From: Pristiophorus japonicus
Lineage: Eukaryota
Assembly (NCBI RefSeq): GCF_044704955.1
Contig: NC_091979.1
Span: forward strand, 200,446,001-200,510,000
Length of the DNA stretch: 64,000 nucleotides
Direction: 5' to 3'
Position numbers and translations under genes: made by a program. The notes below the pieces were generated by a model. It was not told the DNA's origin and searched no databases. It saw only the letters and a program-made list of their open reading frames with translations. The stretch's first letter is position 1; each line of letters begins with the position of its first letter. Positions 60,701 to 64,000 of the stretch are shown here, piece by piece.

Positions 60701-61830
60701 CCTCTTGCTCCTGATGACTTGTATCTTCAGAACCTCCTCGTCCTGTTGCTTCTCTTCAATGTTATGTAATGTCAGGCGATTTCTACTTGTAGCATTGGAA
60801 GTCGGTTTACTCTTCAGTCGGCATGCCTTCAAGATGGCCAGTTTTCTTGCAGAAGAAACATTCTGCCTCACACATGGACAGCTTTGAGCAATGTATTGTC
60901 CCAGGCACGATAGCATGACTTCAATGTGCTGTTACCATGGCCAGTTGCTGAGGCCTTGGGGGCCCTACTGCCTTTTACTTCTAACCTGCAGGTGATTCAC
61001 CTCGGTTGTCTGAAGACTCGAGAGTATTGGTCGGCCATCGACATAGCTGTCTGACAAGCTGAATCAAAAGTCAAGTTAGGGGTTGTCAACAATTTTCCTC
61101 TGATTGCTTCATTTTTCATCCCACAAACAAAGTGATCACACAATGCTCGGTCCTGAAAATTTCCGAAATGACAGTGACTGGATAGTTTCGTTAAAACTAC
61201 AATGTTCTCACAGATACCCTCGTCAATTAATTGATCTTGTGTTCCAAAACAATAACTTTCAGCAATTTCCAGGGGCTCAGGACTTTAGTGCTGTTCTAAC
61301 TTGGTTAGCATCTCTGTCAGTGGCATGCTCTGGCTTGATGGGAACAAGCACATTTTTCAGGTTTTCATATACCTCGAAGCCTGCTTCATTCAAAAAAAAT
61401 AGCCCGTTTTCTTTCTAAAACAACCCTGTTACGGTTTTCATCATCGGGATCTTCGACGATACTCTTTGCGGTGAAAAACATTTCTAGCCGCTCCACATAT
61501 GTTCCATGGAACTCGCCCAAGCACCCTATTATTCCCAGAGGCACTGTGGTAATGTCAACAGTTCATCTAAGTGTACTTGTAATTTACTTTGGATTTTTAG
61601 CTGTTCTGCAAAACAAAGAATCTCTCAAAGCCACTTTGTCAGTTGGCTGGATCATCCACCAACAAAAATCTCAGCTAGGGAATCCGATTATCCTATCTTC
61701 ATCGCCAATGTGATATTTTTACGACATCACTAACACACCACATTACGCAAGATGGCTCCTGAACAGAAAACTGTCGTCATGTGATCTTGCCACATGATCT
61801 TTTATTATTTACATCAGTCGTTGCCTCACA
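57744..61830 (-). mobile_element. Gypsy LTR retrotransposon, second family, RT/RNase H deleted
   Basis: LTRs at 57744-about 57918 and 61709-61830 (truncated); PBS TGGCGATGAAGATAGGAT (15/18 match to the tRNA-Ser(GCU) 3' end as recalled); PPT near 57918-57928; PR MEIDTGA; IN zinc finger and C-terminal WLPGRVVK. Confidence 0.88.
57992..58610. mobile_element. MITE inserted in the second Gypsy element
   Basis: Imperfect TIRs agctagaatttgc / ggaaattccagc; AT-rich core. Confidence 0.55.
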
Positions 61831-62185
61831 TTTGTGTTGAACTTCATTTGCTAATTATATGACCAGTCTGCAAGTTTATCAATGTCCTCCTGTAATTTGT
61901 TGCAGTCCCCCTCAGTGTTGACTCGCCCCAATTTAGTGTCATCTGCAAATGTAGAAATTGTGTGTTTGATTTCAAAGTCTAAATTTTTAATATAAATTGG
62001 GAACAGCATTGGTCCCAGCACTGATTCTTGTGGAACACCATTACCCACCTTCTGCCACTGTGAATAGCTGCCTTTTACCCCTAGCTGCTTTCTGTCTTTA
62101 AGCCAGCTAGCGATCCATTCTTCTACTTGTCCCCTGACCTTGTTCAGCAGTCTATTATGGGGTACCTTATCAAAGGCCTTTTGGA
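61831..62185 (-). mobile_element. CR1 RT fragment (host of Gypsy 2; its 3' end lies at about 57600-57743)
   Basis: FQKAFDKVPH, GVPQESVLGP and FADDTKL motifs. Confidence 0.8.
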
Positions 62186-62544
62186 ATAAAATTGTTAATT
62201 GAAGTTGCATTATCCAAAAATCTTAAACAAGCAATTTGTTAGCTTGTCTCAATTAATGAGAAGCATCTGGGTCCATTGTGTTAGCAAGTCTTTGATTTCT
62301 TCTGAACAGATAGATTTTTTTTAAACCTAGACGTGACACATCACTTAAATCAAATACTGCAAGGATAGTCAGGTTCTGCAAAGGCCAAAGATGTTCAAGC
62401 TTTAAACAGCAAGTTGCAATGGGCAAGCTTTAGCCAGGCTAAGTGGTTTAGCATGCAAAAGGGTAGTTGGGTGTCTTTAATTTAAGTTAAGCACCCTGCA
62501 CTGATGTGGGGAAGTGAGGCGTGTTTTTAAAAAAAAAATTAAAA

Positions 62545-63465
62545 AAAATTGTTTATGGGATGCGGGGTCGCTTGCAAGTACAGCATTTATTGCCCTTACC
62601 ACCACCACCTTGAACCGCTTCAGTATTAGTGAAGGTACTCCTACAGTGCTGTTAAGGAGGGTGTTCCAGGATTTTGATCCAGCGACGATGAATGAATGGC
62701 GATACATTTCCAAGTCAGGCTGGTGTGTAACTTGGAGGGGAATTTGCAGGTGATGGTGTTTCCAAGCGTCTGCAGCCCTTTTCCTTCTAAGTGGTAGAGG
62801 TTGCGTATTTGGGAGTTGCTGCCGAAGAAGCCTTGGCGAATTGCTGCAGTGCATCTTGTAGATGGTACACAATGCAGCCACCGTGTGCCGGTGGTGGAGG
62901 AAGTGAATGTTTAAGGTGGTGGATGGGGTGCCAATCAAGCAGGCTGCTTTGTCCTGGATGGTGTCGAGCTTCTTGTGTTGTTGGAGCTGCACTCATCCGG
63001 TCAAGTGGAGCGTATTCCATCACACTCCTGACTTGTGCCATTTAGATAGTGGAAAGGCTTTGGGGAGTCAGGATGTGAGACACTCACTGCAGAATACCCA
63101 GCCTCTGACCTGCTCTTGTAGCCACTGTATTTCTGTGGCTGGACCAGTTAAGTTTCTGGTCAATGGTGACTCCCCCCACCGCCCCAGGATGTTGATGGTG
63201 GGGGTTCAGCGATGGCAATGCTGTTGAATGTCAAAGGGTGGTGGTTAGACTCTGGCTTGTTGGAGATGATCATTGCCTGGCACTTGTGTGGCACGAATGT
63301 TACTTGCCACTTAGCCCAACCCTGGATGTCGTACAGGTCTTGCTGCAAGCGGGCATGGACTGCTTCATTATATGAGGAGTTATGAATGGCACTGAACATT
63401 GTGCAATCATCAGTGAACATCCCCATTTCTGACATCATGAAGGGAAGATTATTGATGAAGCAGCT
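62545..63465 (-). mobile_element. 3' fragment of the same LINE family as 44920-47807
   Basis: MFTDDCT, VRSVMEYAPL and KLDTIQDKAA motifs; shared cagcatttattgccc terminus. Confidence 0.85.
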
Positions 63466-63714
63466 ATTAATTGTTTTGTATAATGTGAAGATAAGCTGAA
63501 CTATATTTTAAACTAAATTAATCTGATCGCGGCTGTTGATCTGCATGTTCACTTACTGTGAAATATAACTGTTTAATGACTTGTCTCTGTATTACTGAGT
63601 GTTTCCTTTGTTCCCTCTTCCAAGACATTGAAGATACATATGTGAAAGACAAAATTATCCATTTCAGATCACGAGAGAGCCAGTACACCCCTGGGTTACG
63701 CTGGCAAATATCCA

Positions 63715-63835
63715 AGGCTCAGTTGGTGGGACTCTCTCCTGAGTCAGAAGGTTGCCCACTCCAGGGACTTGGGGCACAAAATCTAGGCTGCTGATACTCC
63801 AGTGCAATATTGAGGGAGTGCTGCACTGTCAGAGA
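63715..63835 (+). mobile_element. DeuSINE head fragment
   Basis: ggctcagttgg...ctgagtcagaaggtt...gagggagtgctgcactgtc. Confidence 0.65.
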
Positions 63836-64000
63836 TTCTGGGGACAAAATTGTCTCCCTCTCTTCCTTTCCCCACCCCTTCCTTAAGGTCCATTATAATG
63901 GAGTGGTAAGGCCTTTTCGACCGGGGGCAGGCGGATGGGCTGACCCATCAGAAATTGCCCCTGGGCCGGGAGCAGCGGAAACAGGGCATGCGTCGACCCC

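Overview
Vertebrate genomic DNA, very probably from an elasmobranch (shark), judged from HER1-like CR1 LINEs and SacSINE1-like DeuSINEs. It carries the head-to-head gene pair NDUFS1 (minus strand; exon 1 and coding exons 2-6, the rest lies off the left edge) and EEF1B2 (plus strand; complete, 7 coding exons, 224 aa, TATA/TCT-TOP start, two intronic SNORD51-type C/D snoRNAs). A probable CpG-island first exon of an unidentified gene follows at about 33.8 kb. Most remaining sequence is decayed mobile DNA: CR1, L2, RTE, Penelope, SINEs, MITEs, a hAT-Charlie/Buster transposase fossil and two Gypsy LTR elements, one in a four-level nest. Nearly all ORF-track entries are TE fragments or spurious. The standout signal is a CR1 copy at about 3.1-3.8 kb with roughly two thirds of its sense-strand As changed to G, in an ADAR-like neighbour pattern, and with its 3' terminus spared. 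It looks like a hyper-edited RNA that was reverse-transcribed into the germline. TE boundaries are approximate unless junctions are quoted.
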